A program made the translations under genes and the position numbers. Below are positions 27,790-37,503 of a DNA stretch of 64,000 nt, piece by piece. The DNA lies in the NCBI GenBank assembly GCA_965218435.1, contig CBDCKW010000009.1:1152001-1216000 (forward strand), in the 5' to 3' direction. The notes beneath the pieces were generated by a model. It was not told the origin of the DNA, ran no database searches, and was given only the letters and a program-made list of their open reading frames with translations. The DNA is from Truepera sp. GTDB taxonomy: Bacteria; Deinococcota; Deinococci; Deinococcales; Trueperaceae. Each line of letters begins with the position of its first letter. The stretch's first letter is position 1.

Positions 27790-28935
27790 CTAGGCGAAAT
27801 TCTCTTGTCCTGCCAACTTAACAGGTTCACTGAGCGCCACACTTGGTGAGACGGACTCGAGTCCAAACGCGTCGCCGACGGCCCGGTAGGTCAGCTGACC
27901 CTGATAGGTGTTGAGCCCCGAGAGTAGGGCCGGGTCGTTTTGTAACGCCTCGGTGCCGTATTCGGCCAGGGCCAATGCATATTTAAGCGTCTGGTTTGAC
28001 AGCGCCGTCGTGCTCGTATTCGGCACCGCCCCCGGCATATTGGCGACGCCGTAATGCACCACGCCGTCAACCACAAACGTGGGGTCGTCGTGGGTGGTTG
28101 GGTGAATCGTTTCGATACAGCCGCCTTGGTCTACCGCCACGTCAACAATCACACTGCCTGGTTTCATGGTGGCGATCATCTCGCGCGTCACCAGATGCGG
28201 AGCCCTGGCCCCCGGAATCAGCACGGCTCCGACGAGCAGGTCGGCGCGCGCGACCATCTCGGCAATGTTGGCCGGAGTACTCGCCAGCGTCTGTAAGCTG
28301 CTGCCGAAGACGTCATCGAGGTACTGTAACCGCGCGTAGTTGACGTCTAAAATCGTCACCCGTGCGCCGAGTCCGACGGCGATTTTTGCCGCGTTCGTGC
28401 CAACTATGCCGCCGCCTAAAATGACAACCTCACCGGCCTGCACGCCTGGGACGCCGCCGAGTAGTAATCCGCGTCCGCCCAAAAACTTGCCCAGATAGTG
28501 TGCCCCGACCTGCGTCGCCATCCGTCCGGCAACCTCACTCATCGGGGTCAAAAGGGGGAGCGACCCGTTGGCGAGCTGCACCGTTTCATAGGCGACGGCG
28601 GTGGTTCCAGCATTTAACAGTGCCTCGGTCAGCGGGCGGTCGGCAGCCAGGTGCAGATAGGTAAAGAGCAGCAGGTCGTCACGCAAAAACTCGTATTCTT
28701 GCGCCATCGGTTCTTTGACCTTTAAGACCATCGCTTGTGCCCACGCTTCGGCGGCGCTTCCGACCAGCGTTGCACCCTGCGCCTCGTATTCGGCGTCAGA
28801 AAAGCCGCTGCCGACCCCGGCCCCGGTTTGCACTACGACCTGATGCCCGTGAGCGACGAGCCCGTGAACCGTGCCGGGGGTCGCGGCAACGCGGTACTCG
28901 TGAGTTTTGACCTCTTTAGGAACGCCGATATTCAT
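27790..28935 (-). CDS. ald: Alanine dehydrogenase
   Basis: IGVPKEVKTHEYRV, KVKEP, PMSEVAGR, DVAVDQGGC, YGVANMPGAV. Confidence 0.97.
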   Translation of the reverse strand: MNIGVPKEVKTHEYRVAATPGTVHGLVAHGHQVVVQTGAGVGSGFSDAEYEAQGATLVGSAAEAWAQAMVLKVKEPMAQEYEFLRDDLLLFTYLHLAADRPLTEALLNAGTTAVAYETVQLANGSLPLLTPMSEVAGRMATQVGAHYLGKFLGGRGLLLGGVPGVQAGEVVILGGGIVGTNAAKIAVGLGARVTILDVNYARLQYLDDVFGSSLQTLASTPANIAEMVARADLLVGAVLIPGARAPHLVTREMIATMKPGSVIVDVAVDQGGCIETIHPTTHDDPTFVVDGVVHYGVANMPGAVPNTSTTALSNQTLKYALALAEYGTEALQNDPALLSGLNTYQGQLTYRAVGDAFGLESVSPSVALSEPVKLAGQENFA

Positions 28936-29113
28936 ACCCTTCACCTCGCTATACATAGCCTAAACCCAGTTTATAGCAGGTTTCAGCTGCTTGGCTATGT
29001 TCTCTATACTCGGTACTATTTATGGGTCAGGTGGGTTCTAAAAGCCGGTTGAGAGTTGGAGGTGTGCCGCTAAACCTGTGCGACAAGAGACGTTTTAGTA
29101 TGAGTATGGCCGC

Positions 29114-30016
29114 TTAAGCCCAGACGCGCAAAAACTTCATCCGGCCCGCCGTGACCTCAGCCACGGCGACGAGGGTGTGCGAATGGTCAACGAGACCGAG
29201 ACGCCCATCTGCCAACGCTTCTGAAGGCAGCCGCTGACCCTGTTTAACGCGAGCAACCTGTGCAGCGTCTAGCTCGAGCAGCGGATACGGCAGTGCGTCG
29301 GCGAGGGCAAAACCGGGCGTATTAGAGAGATTGTCTAATGGTACAGCTTGGTCTAAAGCAAAAGCTCCGGCTTGAGTTCGGACGAGACCCGAAAGGTGTG
29401 CCGGAATGCCTAAAGCTGCGCCTAAGTCCCTGGCAAACGCCCGCAGGTAGGTCCCGGCTTGAACGCGGACATCAAATAGGGCTGTAGGAAAATCACCGAG
29501 CGTCGGAGGTAACGGTGTAGGTTTTTGGGGTACGTCTAAATCATTTCTGGTGGGCGCAAACCCTAATAATTTGATGTCTTTGTAACCGGCAGGGCGGGAC
29601 TCGAGCTTTAATACTTCACCCTTACGCGCCGCCTCATAACCTTTGACGCCACCTTTTTTCACGGCCGAATACTGCGGCGGCAGCTGTTCGGAAAGCTCTA
29701 AAAATGGGGGCAGCGCAGCGTGAATGTCCTCAGCACTCAGCCCGGACGCGTCCGCCGTTTCGTCAATCGGCCCCTCAGCGTCGAGTGTCGGCGTTCCGGC
29801 TCCGAACGAGACCCACGCGAGGTAACGTTTTTCCGAAGCCGTCAAAAAAGGGGAGAGCTTGGTCGCCTCGTCGCTCAAGATAACCAGCACCCCGGTTGCT
29901 AAAGGGTCGAGCGTCCCGGCGTGACCGACCGACCTAGTTTTGAGAAGTTTACGCGCTCTTGCCACCACGTCATGTGAAGTCAGGCCGAGCGGTTTGTCAA
30001 CGATGTAGACCGGCAT
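29114..30016 (-). CDS. truB: tRNA pseudouridine(55) synthase
   Basis: DKPLGLTSHDVV, GHAGTLDPLATG, PPQYSA, GTYLR. Confidence 0.97.
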   Translation of the reverse strand: MPVYIVDKPLGLTSHDVVARARKLLKTRSVGHAGTLDPLATGVLVILSDEATKLSPFLTASEKRYLAWVSFGAGTPTLDAEGPIDETADASGLSAEDIHAALPPFLELSEQLPPQYSAVKKGGVKGYEAARKGEVLKLESRPAGYKDIKLLGFAPTRNDLDVPQKPTPLPPTLGDFPTALFDVRVQAGTYLRAFARDLGAALGIPAHLSGLVRTQAGAFALDQAVPLDNLSNTPGFALADALPYPLLELDAAQVARVKQGQRLPSEALADGRLGLVDHSHTLVAVAEVTAGRMKFLRVWA

Positions 30017-30075
30017 TGCCTCTTCATACCATGCTGTCTCAGTTGCCGCCATCTCTCATTACGTTATTTCAACTA

Positions 30076-30102
30076 TTGACAAAATGTTGTAGTTGTACAA
30101 CA
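30076..30102 (+). promoter_or_regulatory. -35 box with adjacent palindromic operator of the XRE operon
   Basis: TTGACA at 30076; TGTTGTA-gttg-TACAACA at 30085-30102. Confidence 0.7.
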
Positions 30103-30133
30103 ATACGTTTTAGCTTTACGAACTGAGGTGACG

Positions 30134-30409
30134 ATGCCTGAAAACAAACTAACGATCTATAACCGGCTTTCCGTTTTACGGGCCGAACGCGGGCTGTCGC
30201 GGCAAGAGCTGGCGGACGCGGTGGGGGTGAATTATCAAACTATCGGTTACTTGGAGCGCGGCGACTACAACCCGAGTTTAGAGTTGGCTTTCAAACTGAG
30301 CGACTACTTCAGCTTGCCTATCGAGGTTATCTTTTCAACGAAGCCCCTCAAACCCTTGAGCGAAGCTCTGTATGAACTTCAAAATCACAGAGAGGAAAAA
30401 GTTGCATGA
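30134..30409 (+). CDS. XRE-family HTH transcriptional regulator
   Basis: LRAERGLSRQELADAVGVNYQTIGYLERGDYNPSLELAF. Confidence 0.95.
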   Translation: MPENKLTIYNRLSVLRAERGLSRQELADAVGVNYQTIGYLERGDYNPSLELAFKLSDYFSLPIEVIFSTKPLKPLSEALYELQNHREEKVA

Positions 30410-30495
30410 AAAAGCTTGGGTTTTTTGCTGGCACACTCGAGCCCAACCCACCTACCGAAGAAACCTCTTTTCGTACCTCGAGCGGAGCGCACTGA
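30406..30495 (+). pseudogene. 29-codon in-frame deletion remnant of a third membrane-protein paralog
   Basis: MKKLGFFAGT-LEPNPPTEETSFRTSSGAH*; ATGA and TGATG coupling at its ends; LEPN matches the WLEPN/WLEPD tails of the two neighbours. Confidence 0.75.
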
Positions 30496-30962
30496 TGCGC
30501 AAACCTCTAAGGAGGAGCGTTCGGCGGCTCTTAAGCGTCCTTGCGTTCGCGGCGCTGCTCCTCACCTTTTTTGCGGGCGCACTAGGCAGGGAGTTCGCCT
30601 GGTTAGCCCTTCTGCCGCCCATTCCTCTTATTTTTGTCATCATATGGCTGGATAGAGCGACGGCGAATATAGCGACCAAAAAAGTGAGTAAGCTCGATGA
30701 GCGGCAGAGACGTGTACATGACCAAGCCCACCGCTTGACGTACTGGGTTCTCTACCTTTATGCGTTCCTCGTGTTCTCTGTTTACACTTTTGACTTTGGC
30801 GACCTCAATATCCCTATAGCTTACGGGGTAGGGGAAACGACCTTCATCTTCAAACTACTCAGCATGAACATATATTTGTTCATTGTCTTGCCAACTCTGT
30901 TCGTGGCGTGGCTCGAGCCTAACCTTGTGCAAGAAGATAACTTCGCTAAGGAGACTGCATGA
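30495..30962 (+). CDS. Membrane protein with DERQ motif (DUF2178-like)
   Basis: About 4 TM helices, KLDERQ, AWLEPN; start at TGATG overlap. Confidence 0.75.
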   Translation: MRKPLRRSVRRLLSVLAFAALLLTFFAGALGREFAWLALLPPIPLIFVIIWLDRATANIATKKVSKLDERQRRVHDQAHRLTYWVLYLYAFLVFSVYTFDFGDLNIPIAYGVGETTFIFKLLSMNIYLFIVLPTLFVAWLEPNLVQEDNFAKETA

Positions 30963-31465
30963 AACGCCGTATAGTCTTATATCAGAGTAGCCGCCGCTTA
31001 CTCGTAATTGGCTTCATAAGCACTTTTGTAGCGAGTTTGATGCTGAGACTCTTAGCCGATAATCTTGACCAATTAGCTTTAGGTCTTCAAGTTTTGGGAG
31101 TATTCTTTGCTGCTGGTTTACTCAGATGGGGAAAGCCTCAAATCAAAAGCAAATTTATGGATGAGCGCCAGCGCGATATTCGTAACCGCTCGTACTTTAG
31201 GACTTACTTACTGCTCTCGGTTATATCCGTCAGTATTCCCATTGTCATGACTTTGCTGTTTGTCGTTGCTGAGCAGACTACAAGGGCGCTGATCGTTACG
31301 CTCCTCACCTCCTTACAGCGACCTGTGGATTTTGTAACGGTGTTTAGTTCGTTAGCACTTTTTGTGGTTTTTCTTCCTTGGGCAATGCTGGCGTGGCTCG
31401 AGCCCGACCCACCGCGAGACGAATCCGTTACTCTCAAGTCTGACTCGCGCATAACGAACTCTTAA
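30959..31465 (+). CDS. Membrane protein with DERQ motif, paralog of the previous gene
   Basis: About 4 TM helices, MDERQ, AWLEPD. Confidence 0.75.
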   Translation: MKRRIVLYQSSRRLLVIGFISTFVASLMLRLLADNLDQLALGLQVLGVFFAAGLLRWGKPQIKSKFMDERQRDIRNRSYFRTYLLLSVISVSIPIVMTLLFVVAEQTTRALIVTLLTSLQRPVDFVTVFSSLALFVVFLPWAMLAWLEPDPPRDESVTLKSDSRITNS

Positions 31466-31470
31466 AGCCT

Positions 31471-31908
31471 ATGTCACCACGCGTTCGGCCTCTGGCTATC
31501 TGCCTCATCTACCGTGAGGGTACGCAAGGCCGAGACCTCTTGGTGATGGAGGGTTTTGACGAAGCCAAAAAGTCTTGGTTTTATAGACCGCTCGGCGGCG
31601 GTATCGAGTTTGGCGAGCGGGGTCATGAAACGGTCAAGCGGGAGTTGCGTGAGGAAACCCGACAAGACCTGACCGATATCCGGTTTTTAGGTGTGCTCGA
31701 GAACCTGTTTACCTACGCGGGCACCCCGGCTCACGAACTCATGCTGGTGTATGAAGGGCGGTTTGCCGACCCAACCGTCTACGAACAAGACAGCCTGGAA
31801 GCCGTTGAGGATGACGGCTCGAGCTTTACCGCCCGCTGGTTGGCTGTAGAAGATTTTCAAAACGGCACCTTGAGACTCGTCCCTGAGGGTTTATCGGCCT
31901 ATCTCTAG
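31471..31908 (+). CDS. NUDIX hydrolase
   Basis: GGGIEFGERGHETVKRELREE Nudix box. Confidence 0.93.
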   Translation: MSPRVRPLAICLIYREGTQGRDLLVMEGFDEAKKSWFYRPLGGGIEFGERGHETVKRELREETRQDLTDIRFLGVLENLFTYAGTPAHELMLVYEGRFADPTVYEQDSLEAVEDDGSSFTARWLAVEDFQNGTLRLVPEGLSAYL

Positions 31909-31933
31909 GTCTGCCGCGCCGTATACTTTAGCA

Positions 31934-34579
31934 GTGCCCTATAAACCCGTCTGTCTCGCCTTACTGCTACTAGTTCAGCTCGCTTTTGCCACCCAAGAGG
32001 TCGCCGCGCCGCGCGTCAAGGTCATCTTTGACGACCCCGCCGAAACCGCTTACGCCGAGCGCGTCGCTGCTGAAGCTGAGAGGGCGCTGGACGTCCTCGT
32101 TCCGCTTTTTGGCTACGCGCCGCCGCCGATCACGCTGCGTTTAGAAGATACGACCGACGTGTATAATGGGTTAGCGTCGCCGCTCCCTCGCCCCAGTGTC
32201 GGGTTGCGGCTTTTATTTCCCACCGAAACCTCATTCGGCTACCGTGCGGAGGACGAGCTGCGGTTTTTGCTCGTTCATGAACTGACGCACATCATGCAGT
32301 TTGGCTACCTTACCGGGCGTGGCACCGGGTTGCGGCTCGGGTTGGTCGGTGAAAACGTGGCCAACGTGCCTCCGGCGTGGCTGGTCGAGGGGCTGGCGGT
32401 TTGGGACGAGTCGGAGTTTACGGCGGGGGGACGCCGCGACGACGCGCTGACGCGGGGGCTGATAGAGAGTGCAGTGCTCGCCGGAACTGCGCCGTCTCTG
32501 ACCGACGCGAGTTTAAGGACCTACGGCGTGTGGCCGGGGGGTCAGACCGAATATCTGTTCGGCGTTGGCTTTACGAGCTATCTGATTCGGCAACACGGGT
32601 TTGACGCCATCAAAAAGGCGCTGGCACTCCACAATGCCGGGGGGTTTATCCGGCCCTTCGAGGGGTCGTGGCGACTCGCGGTCGGTACCGACTTAGAAGC
32701 CGAGTGGGGGGCGTGGCAGCGCGAGGTGCTCAAGCAGGCGAAGGCGAGGGCACAAAAGGTCACCCAGACTAAACGGGCCGGGATGCTCGAGACGGACAGC
32801 GGCTGGTATACCCGCGCCCCGGCGCTCAGCCCGGATGGGCGTCAGCTCGCATGGGTCGGCTGGCCTGCGGCGATTATGCTGGCGGACGTTGACAGAAATG
32901 CTGGCGGCGGCACGCTCACCCGAAAGCGCGTGTTGCTGGACAACCGCTTACCGGGGAGCCTCGAGTGGCTGGACGACCACACGCTCCTCTACGCCCGTCC
33001 GGTACGGCGGCCTTATCACACCTATTCGGAAGTCTTTACGCTAGACACCCGCACGGGCCGCGAGACGCAGTTGACCGGGGGAGACCAGGGGGGCACACGG
33101 GCACACTTGCCTGCGCCGCTGCCGGGAGGGTGCGTCCTCTACGTGACCGACGATGGGACGCGTTCAACGCTCGAGCAGCTCTGCCCCGGAAAACCTATTT
33201 CGACTCGTTGGCGGAGCAAACCAGGGGTCCACGTCGTCGGACTCGCCACGAGCCGCCGGGGGCAGGTGGCCGTAAGCGTGTGGCAGCGGGGTTGGGTTGA
33301 TTTGGCTCTGCTGCAAAACGGCACCCTGCGGTACCTGACCCGTGACCCCGCGCAAGACTTAGAGCCGAGTTGGAAGGGCGAAGACACACTGCTGTTTCGC
33401 TCCGACCGGACCAAGGTATTTGAACTCTACGACCTGAGGCTCTCCGACAAACGTTTGGCGCGTTTGAGTCAGAGTGTAGGCGGCGCGTTTACGCCCGAAG
33501 CTGGTAGCGGCGGAACGTGGTTTGCGTCCCTTGGCGGGCACGGCTATAACCTCGCGTGGTTAGCAGACGCGCCGCCACTTGCCCGGACCCAGGCGTCAGT
33601 GACGCGGCGTCCGACCCCGCCCCTACGCGTACCAGAGTTCCCGGTATTTCCCTACAACCCGTTAGGCAGCTTGGGATTTTACGGTTGGCTACCGACGAAC
33701 GCCGGGGTCAACCTGTCGCCCCTGGGAACGTTTCTCGAGCTCTCCCTCGTCGCGCAAGACGACAGCTTAGACCACAACCTGCGGACGACGCTCGGGTTTG
33801 ACTCGAGCCTTCCCGCTTTGTCCGGCTTTTACGGCTTTGCACGTTACGACTTTGGCGGCGGTTTGGCCCTGCAAGCGACGCCGCCCCCGCTGCGCTACGC
33901 CGTACAAGCCGGAGCGTGGCCGCTCGCGCCGCACCTGAGCGGGACGCTTACGACAGTCTCCGGCGCGAAAGTTGCGGTCACCGCGCGGTTACCCGAAGAC
34001 CGGACATTAGTGAGTGGGGGTCTCGAGGCCGGTCTCGTACACTTTCTAGGCCAAAGCTCCGGCCTCGTCTTAGATGCCCGCGCCGAGGGTGCCGTAGCAA
34101 CCGGACAGGTTGACACCTGGGGTTACCGCACCGAAGGCTGGCGCGTTTCGGGAACGGGTTTGCTGAGCGCAACTGGGGCTGCGCCTTCGCTCGGGGCGTG
34201 GGGGGACGGCAGCTATACCTTGCCGGTAGAGGGGCCGCTGAGTGCAGTAGGGCGGCTCGAGTTCGGCGTACGCGCAGGCTACCGCCCCGCGTGGCCGATT
34301 CCCCTTAAAGCCAATGCTGACCTCGCCGCGCTCGTCACTGTCGGCAGCACCCGCAGTTTTCCTTTCAAACTGCGCGTCGGCGACGGGCTTTACACTCTCG
34401 AGCGGGTGACGCTCGAGCCCCGCCTCCGCACCTGGTTAGACGGTGCCCTCCACCTGGGCGGCGACCTCACCGTGTCGCTCGATTCGGTCATTAACTACGG
34501 CGCACCGGTAAGTATGAGCGGCACGCTCGGTTACACCAACGGGGTGTGGACGCGGTTTGGCTTGCGGCTGCCGCTTTAG
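31934..34579 (+). CDS. Exported protein: gluzincin-like peptidase + TolB-like propeller + probable C-terminal beta-barrel
   Basis: Signal peptide, HELTH and PAWLVEGLA, PALSPDGRQLAW, amphipathic strands at the C-terminus. Confidence 0.7.
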   Translation: MPYKPVCLALLLLVQLAFATQEVAAPRVKVIFDDPAETAYAERVAAEAERALDVLVPLFGYAPPPITLRLEDTTDVYNGLASPLPRPSVGLRLLFPTETSFGYRAEDELRFLLVHELTHIMQFGYLTGRGTGLRLGLVGENVANVPPAWLVEGLAVWDESEFTAGGRRDDALTRGLIESAVLAGTAPSLTDASLRTYGVWPGGQTEYLFGVGFTSYLIRQHGFDAIKKALALHNAGGFIRPFEGSWRLAVGTDLEAEWGAWQREVLKQAKARAQKVTQTKRAGMLETDSGWYTRAPALSPDGRQLAWVGWPAAIMLADVDRNAGGGTLTRKRVLLDNRLPGSLEWLDDHTLLYARPVRRPYHTYSEVFTLDTRTGRETQLTGGDQGGTRAHLPAPLPGGCVLYVTDDGTRSTLEQLCPGKPISTRWRSKPGVHVVGLATSRRGQVAVSVWQRGWVDLALLQNGTLRYLTRDPAQDLEPSWKGEDTLLFRSDRTKVFELYDLRLSDKRLARLSQSVGGAFTPEAGSGGTWFASLGGHGYNLAWLADAPPLARTQASVTRRPTPPLRVPEFPVFPYNPLGSLGFYGWLPTNAGVNLSPLGTFLELSLVAQDDSLDHNLRTTLGFDSSLPALSGFYGFARYDFGGGLALQATPPPLRYAVQAGAWPLAPHLSGTLTTVSGAKVAVTARLPEDRTLVSGGLEAGLVHFLGQSSGLVLDARAEGAVATGQVDTWGYRTEGWRVSGTGLLSATGAAPSLGAWGDGSYTLPVEGPLSAVGRLEFGVRAGYRPAWPIPLKANADLAALVTVGSTRSFPFKLRVGDGLYTLERVTLEPRLRTWLDGALHLGGDLTVSLDSVINYGAPVSMSGTLGYTNGVWTRFGLRLPL

Positions 34580-34777
34580 GTCTTCAAGCAGCCTTCAGCT
34601 TTGGACGTGTTGTCTCGAGCTGACGCTAAAGCCGTTAGTCTACGAAAAGCTTTTGGAGTCGTAAAAATCAAGTGGGTGACACCGAATATGAAGGCTTAAA
34701 CGCTACCTAAACAGCACACTGCCTTATCTCCTATTTCTACCAGGGTGCGCTACGTTACGCTGAAACTGGAGGTTTTT

Positions 34778-35971
34778 GTGAAGCCAAAATATCTTTCGGT
34801 TCCTATATTGTTAGCGTTTCTTTTGACGCTGCTCGTCGCCTGTAGTGCTCCAGCGCCAACGCTACCCAGCCAGCCGAGTAAGCCGATAAGCCCAGAGCTA
34901 CCCAGCTTGCCCGCAGGTGAGTGGACCGCCTTTTCACCGGGGGGCGACACCCTCTGCGCCGACGGCTCACCCTACGCCTACTATGTGCGGCCCGGTACGG
35001 TCAACAAACTCGTGGTGGATTTTGAGGGCGGCGGTGCGTGCTGGAGTGGCGGAACATGCGGTAGCCCTGTTTATCAGCCCAACATCGGCAGTTCCTCGAG
35101 CCCCGGTTATCGAGAAAAAAATCCTACTGGACTTTATGATCACACGAATTCTAAGAATCCTGTAGAAGACTGGTATCACGTCTTTATAAGTTACTGTACC
35201 GCCGATATTCATCTAGGCGACAGCGTGCAGACTTATGACACCTCGAAAGGACCTAAAAAGATTTATCACAACGGTCAGAAAAATGTTGCGGCGGTGCTCG
35301 GCTGGGTCAAGAAAAATTTCAAAGCGCTGGAAGACATCTTCGTTACGGGTTGTAGTGCGGGTGCTTACGGTGCGGCTATCTACACCCCTCAAATCGCTGA
35401 TGCTTACCCAGACGCTAAGGTTACTGAACTCGGTGACAGCGGTGCGGGCATCATCCCAAAGTCGTTTGTTACAAAGCCAGACGGACTTAAACGCTGGAAT
35501 ATCAATGCGGTGTTACCCCCTGGCGTTGACCTCACCAACGGCATTCCTACGACATTCCTGGCCGATGCGTACGTTGCGATTGGTCAAGCACACCTAAAAG
35601 CGAAACTAGCGGAGTACAACAGCGCCTCGGACGGTACTCAAATCAGCTTTTACGCGCTACAGCTAGGTCTTGATCCGCGTGATCCCACCGACCCTGCCGT
35701 TCAAGCTGCGGGGCGAGCATGGGCGATGGGTCTAGGAGCGTCACTGACAAAAATTCAAACAGGTCTGCCGGGAAGTTTCTCGAGCTACACCTCACTCTTA
35801 GACGATAATGACAATTTGCAAGACGGTACGGCGCACTGCATTATCACCCGCCCCGACTTTTACACCCTTACGACCAACGGCGTTTTGCTCACCAACTGGT
35901 TAAACAGTCTGCTCAATGACCCGACGCCGCCCGCTCCGGTTGCGCCCGCGACCGTGCCGACGCCGGGTTAG
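34778..35971 (+). CDS. Pectinacetylesterase/NOTUM-family lipoprotein
   Basis: Lipobox LVAC, CADGS, FEGGGAC, YCTADIHLG, GCSAG, HC; RBS GGAGG. Confidence 0.85.
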   Translation: MKPKYLSVPILLAFLLTLLVACSAPAPTLPSQPSKPISPELPSLPAGEWTAFSPGGDTLCADGSPYAYYVRPGTVNKLVVDFEGGGACWSGGTCGSPVYQPNIGSSSSPGYREKNPTGLYDHTNSKNPVEDWYHVFISYCTADIHLGDSVQTYDTSKGPKKIYHNGQKNVAAVLGWVKKNFKALEDIFVTGCSAGAYGAAIYTPQIADAYPDAKVTELGDSGAGIIPKSFVTKPDGLKRWNINAVLPPGVDLTNGIPTTFLADAYVAIGQAHLKAKLAEYNSASDGTQISFYALQLGLDPRDPTDPAVQAAGRAWAMGLGASLTKIQTGLPGSFSSYTSLLDDNDNLQDGTAHCIITRPDFYTLTTNGVLLTNWLNSLLNDPTPPAPVAPATVPTPG

Positions 35972-36678
35972 TCAGTCTCAGCTTCTGGAAGATTGAGTTC
36001 GACGTCAGTCAGCCAGAGCACCTCAGCTTGGGCGCGAATTGCCCGCGCCGGGGTCTGGTCATAGTTAGGCGTTTTTTCGGGGGAGAGGGTACGCGTCAGC
36101 GCGTCTCTCTTCCCTTCGCCTTGCACCAAAAAGGCGACGGTGCGGCTTCGGCTGAGCGTCCCCGCCGTCATACTGAGCCGCGTCTCTTTGCCGGGTGGTT
36201 TGACCACGGTGGTCAGCCCTTCATCGAAGACTGCGCCGGTACCGGGAAACAGGCTCGCGGTGTGCGCGTCGTCGCCGAGGCCCAGAAAAGTCAGGTCGAA
36301 GAGGGCTTCGTTTAGAAATGTCTGTAAGGTGTCGCCCAGCTCTGTCGCGGCGGCTTCCGGGTCACCCACCAAGTACGGCCACGGGTGGATGTTCTCCGGC
36401 GGCACCGTTACCTTGTCTAACAGCGCCTTTTTTGCCGCGCCGTAGTTGCTGTCGGGATAGTCGTGCGGGACAAAACGTTCATCACCCCAAAAGATATGCG
36501 TGTCTTGCCAAAAGGGGTCGTCCGCGTGCTCCGCAGAGAGCTTTGCGTACATTTTAAGTGGAGTCGAGCCGCCCGAAAGAACCACGACAAAGCGCCCGTT
36601 CGCGGCGACGCTCTCCCTGGCCGTTTTGATAAAAAGTGCTTCGGCAGCTTCGGCTACATCTTTGACGTATTTAATCAT
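35968..36678 (-). CDS. pgl: 6-phosphogluconolactonase
   Basis: LSGGSTP, FWGDERFVP, LGLGDDAHTASLFP. Confidence 0.95.
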   Translation of the reverse strand: MIKYVKDVAEAAEALFIKTARESVAANGRFVVVLSGGSTPLKMYAKLSAEHADDPFWQDTHIFWGDERFVPHDYPDSNYGAAKKALLDKVTVPPENIHPWPYLVGDPEAAATELGDTLQTFLNEALFDLTFLGLGDDAHTASLFPGTGAVFDEGLTTVVKPPGKETRLSMTAGTLSRSRTVAFLVQGEGKRDALTRTLSPEKTPNYDQTPARAIRAQAEVLWLTDVELNLPEAETD

Positions 36679-36890
36679 CGTGACTCCTTTTGTTTAAGTG
36701 AGCTCGAGCTTTAGCTCGGTAGGCCCATAAACCCTGGTCTCTCCCTCTTAGGGTACCCGAACAAGGACCTAAAAATCTAAGGGTCTTTATGGGCAACTAC
36801 CCCGTCAACGGCTGTCTTGTCAGCCGGACCTAAAACTTTATGGACGCCACTTCTGCTGCAACCTACCGTGCTCCTTGCTAAACTGTCCAG

Positions 36891-37484
36891 ATGACCTCAA
36901 CGAAAACCCTATCACGCGAAGACGCGGCGGCGCTGATGGAAAGCTGGACGGACTCGGAAAGTTTGCGTAAACACATGCTCTCGGTCGAGTCGGCGACCGC
37001 TGCCTACGCCCGCAAGTACGGTGAAGACGAAACCCTGTGGCGCGTCGCGGCCCTGTTGCATGACTTTGACTACGAAAAGCACCCGACGCCGGATGAAAAC
37101 GGCCATCCTTACGTGGGCGTGCGTTACTTGCGTGAACAGGGCTACCCGGATGAGGTTTTAGACGCTATCATGGGCCACGCCGACTATACCGGCGTCTCAC
37201 GTGAAACGCTGCTGGCTAAAGCCCTCTACGCCTGCGACGAATTGACCGGCCTGATTACTGCGGCGACGCTCGTGCGGCCTGACAAAGACGTGCGAAACGT
37301 TGAGCTTAAAAGCCTCAAAAAGAAGTTCAAGGACAAAGCGTTTGCGCGCGGCGTCAACCGGGAAGATGTCATTCGTGGCGCTCAAGAGTTGAATATTGAA
37401 CTTTGGGAACATGTCGTGTTCGTCTTGGCGGCGATGCAAACGGACGCGGAAAAGTTAGGGCTCGACGGTTCGTTAGCGCAGTGA
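36891..37484 (+). CDS. HD/HDIG-domain hydrolase
   Basis: LRKHML, LLHDFDYE, DELTG, KDKAFARGVNR. Confidence 0.9.
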   Translation: MTSTKTLSREDAAALMESWTDSESLRKHMLSVESATAAYARKYGEDETLWRVAALLHDFDYEKHPTPDENGHPYVGVRYLREQGYPDEVLDAIMGHADYTGVSRETLLAKALYACDELTGLITAATLVRPDKDVRNVELKSLKKKFKDKAFARGVNREDVIRGAQELNIELWEHVVFVLAAMQTDAEKLGLDGSLAQ

Positions 37485-37503
37485 GAGCACGGGGAAAAAT
37501 ACT

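Noticed and set aside
30372..30494. ORF-track N-terminal extension of the membrane protein
   Set aside because: Overlaps the XRE gene and the coupled mini-ORF; the true start is ATG 30495
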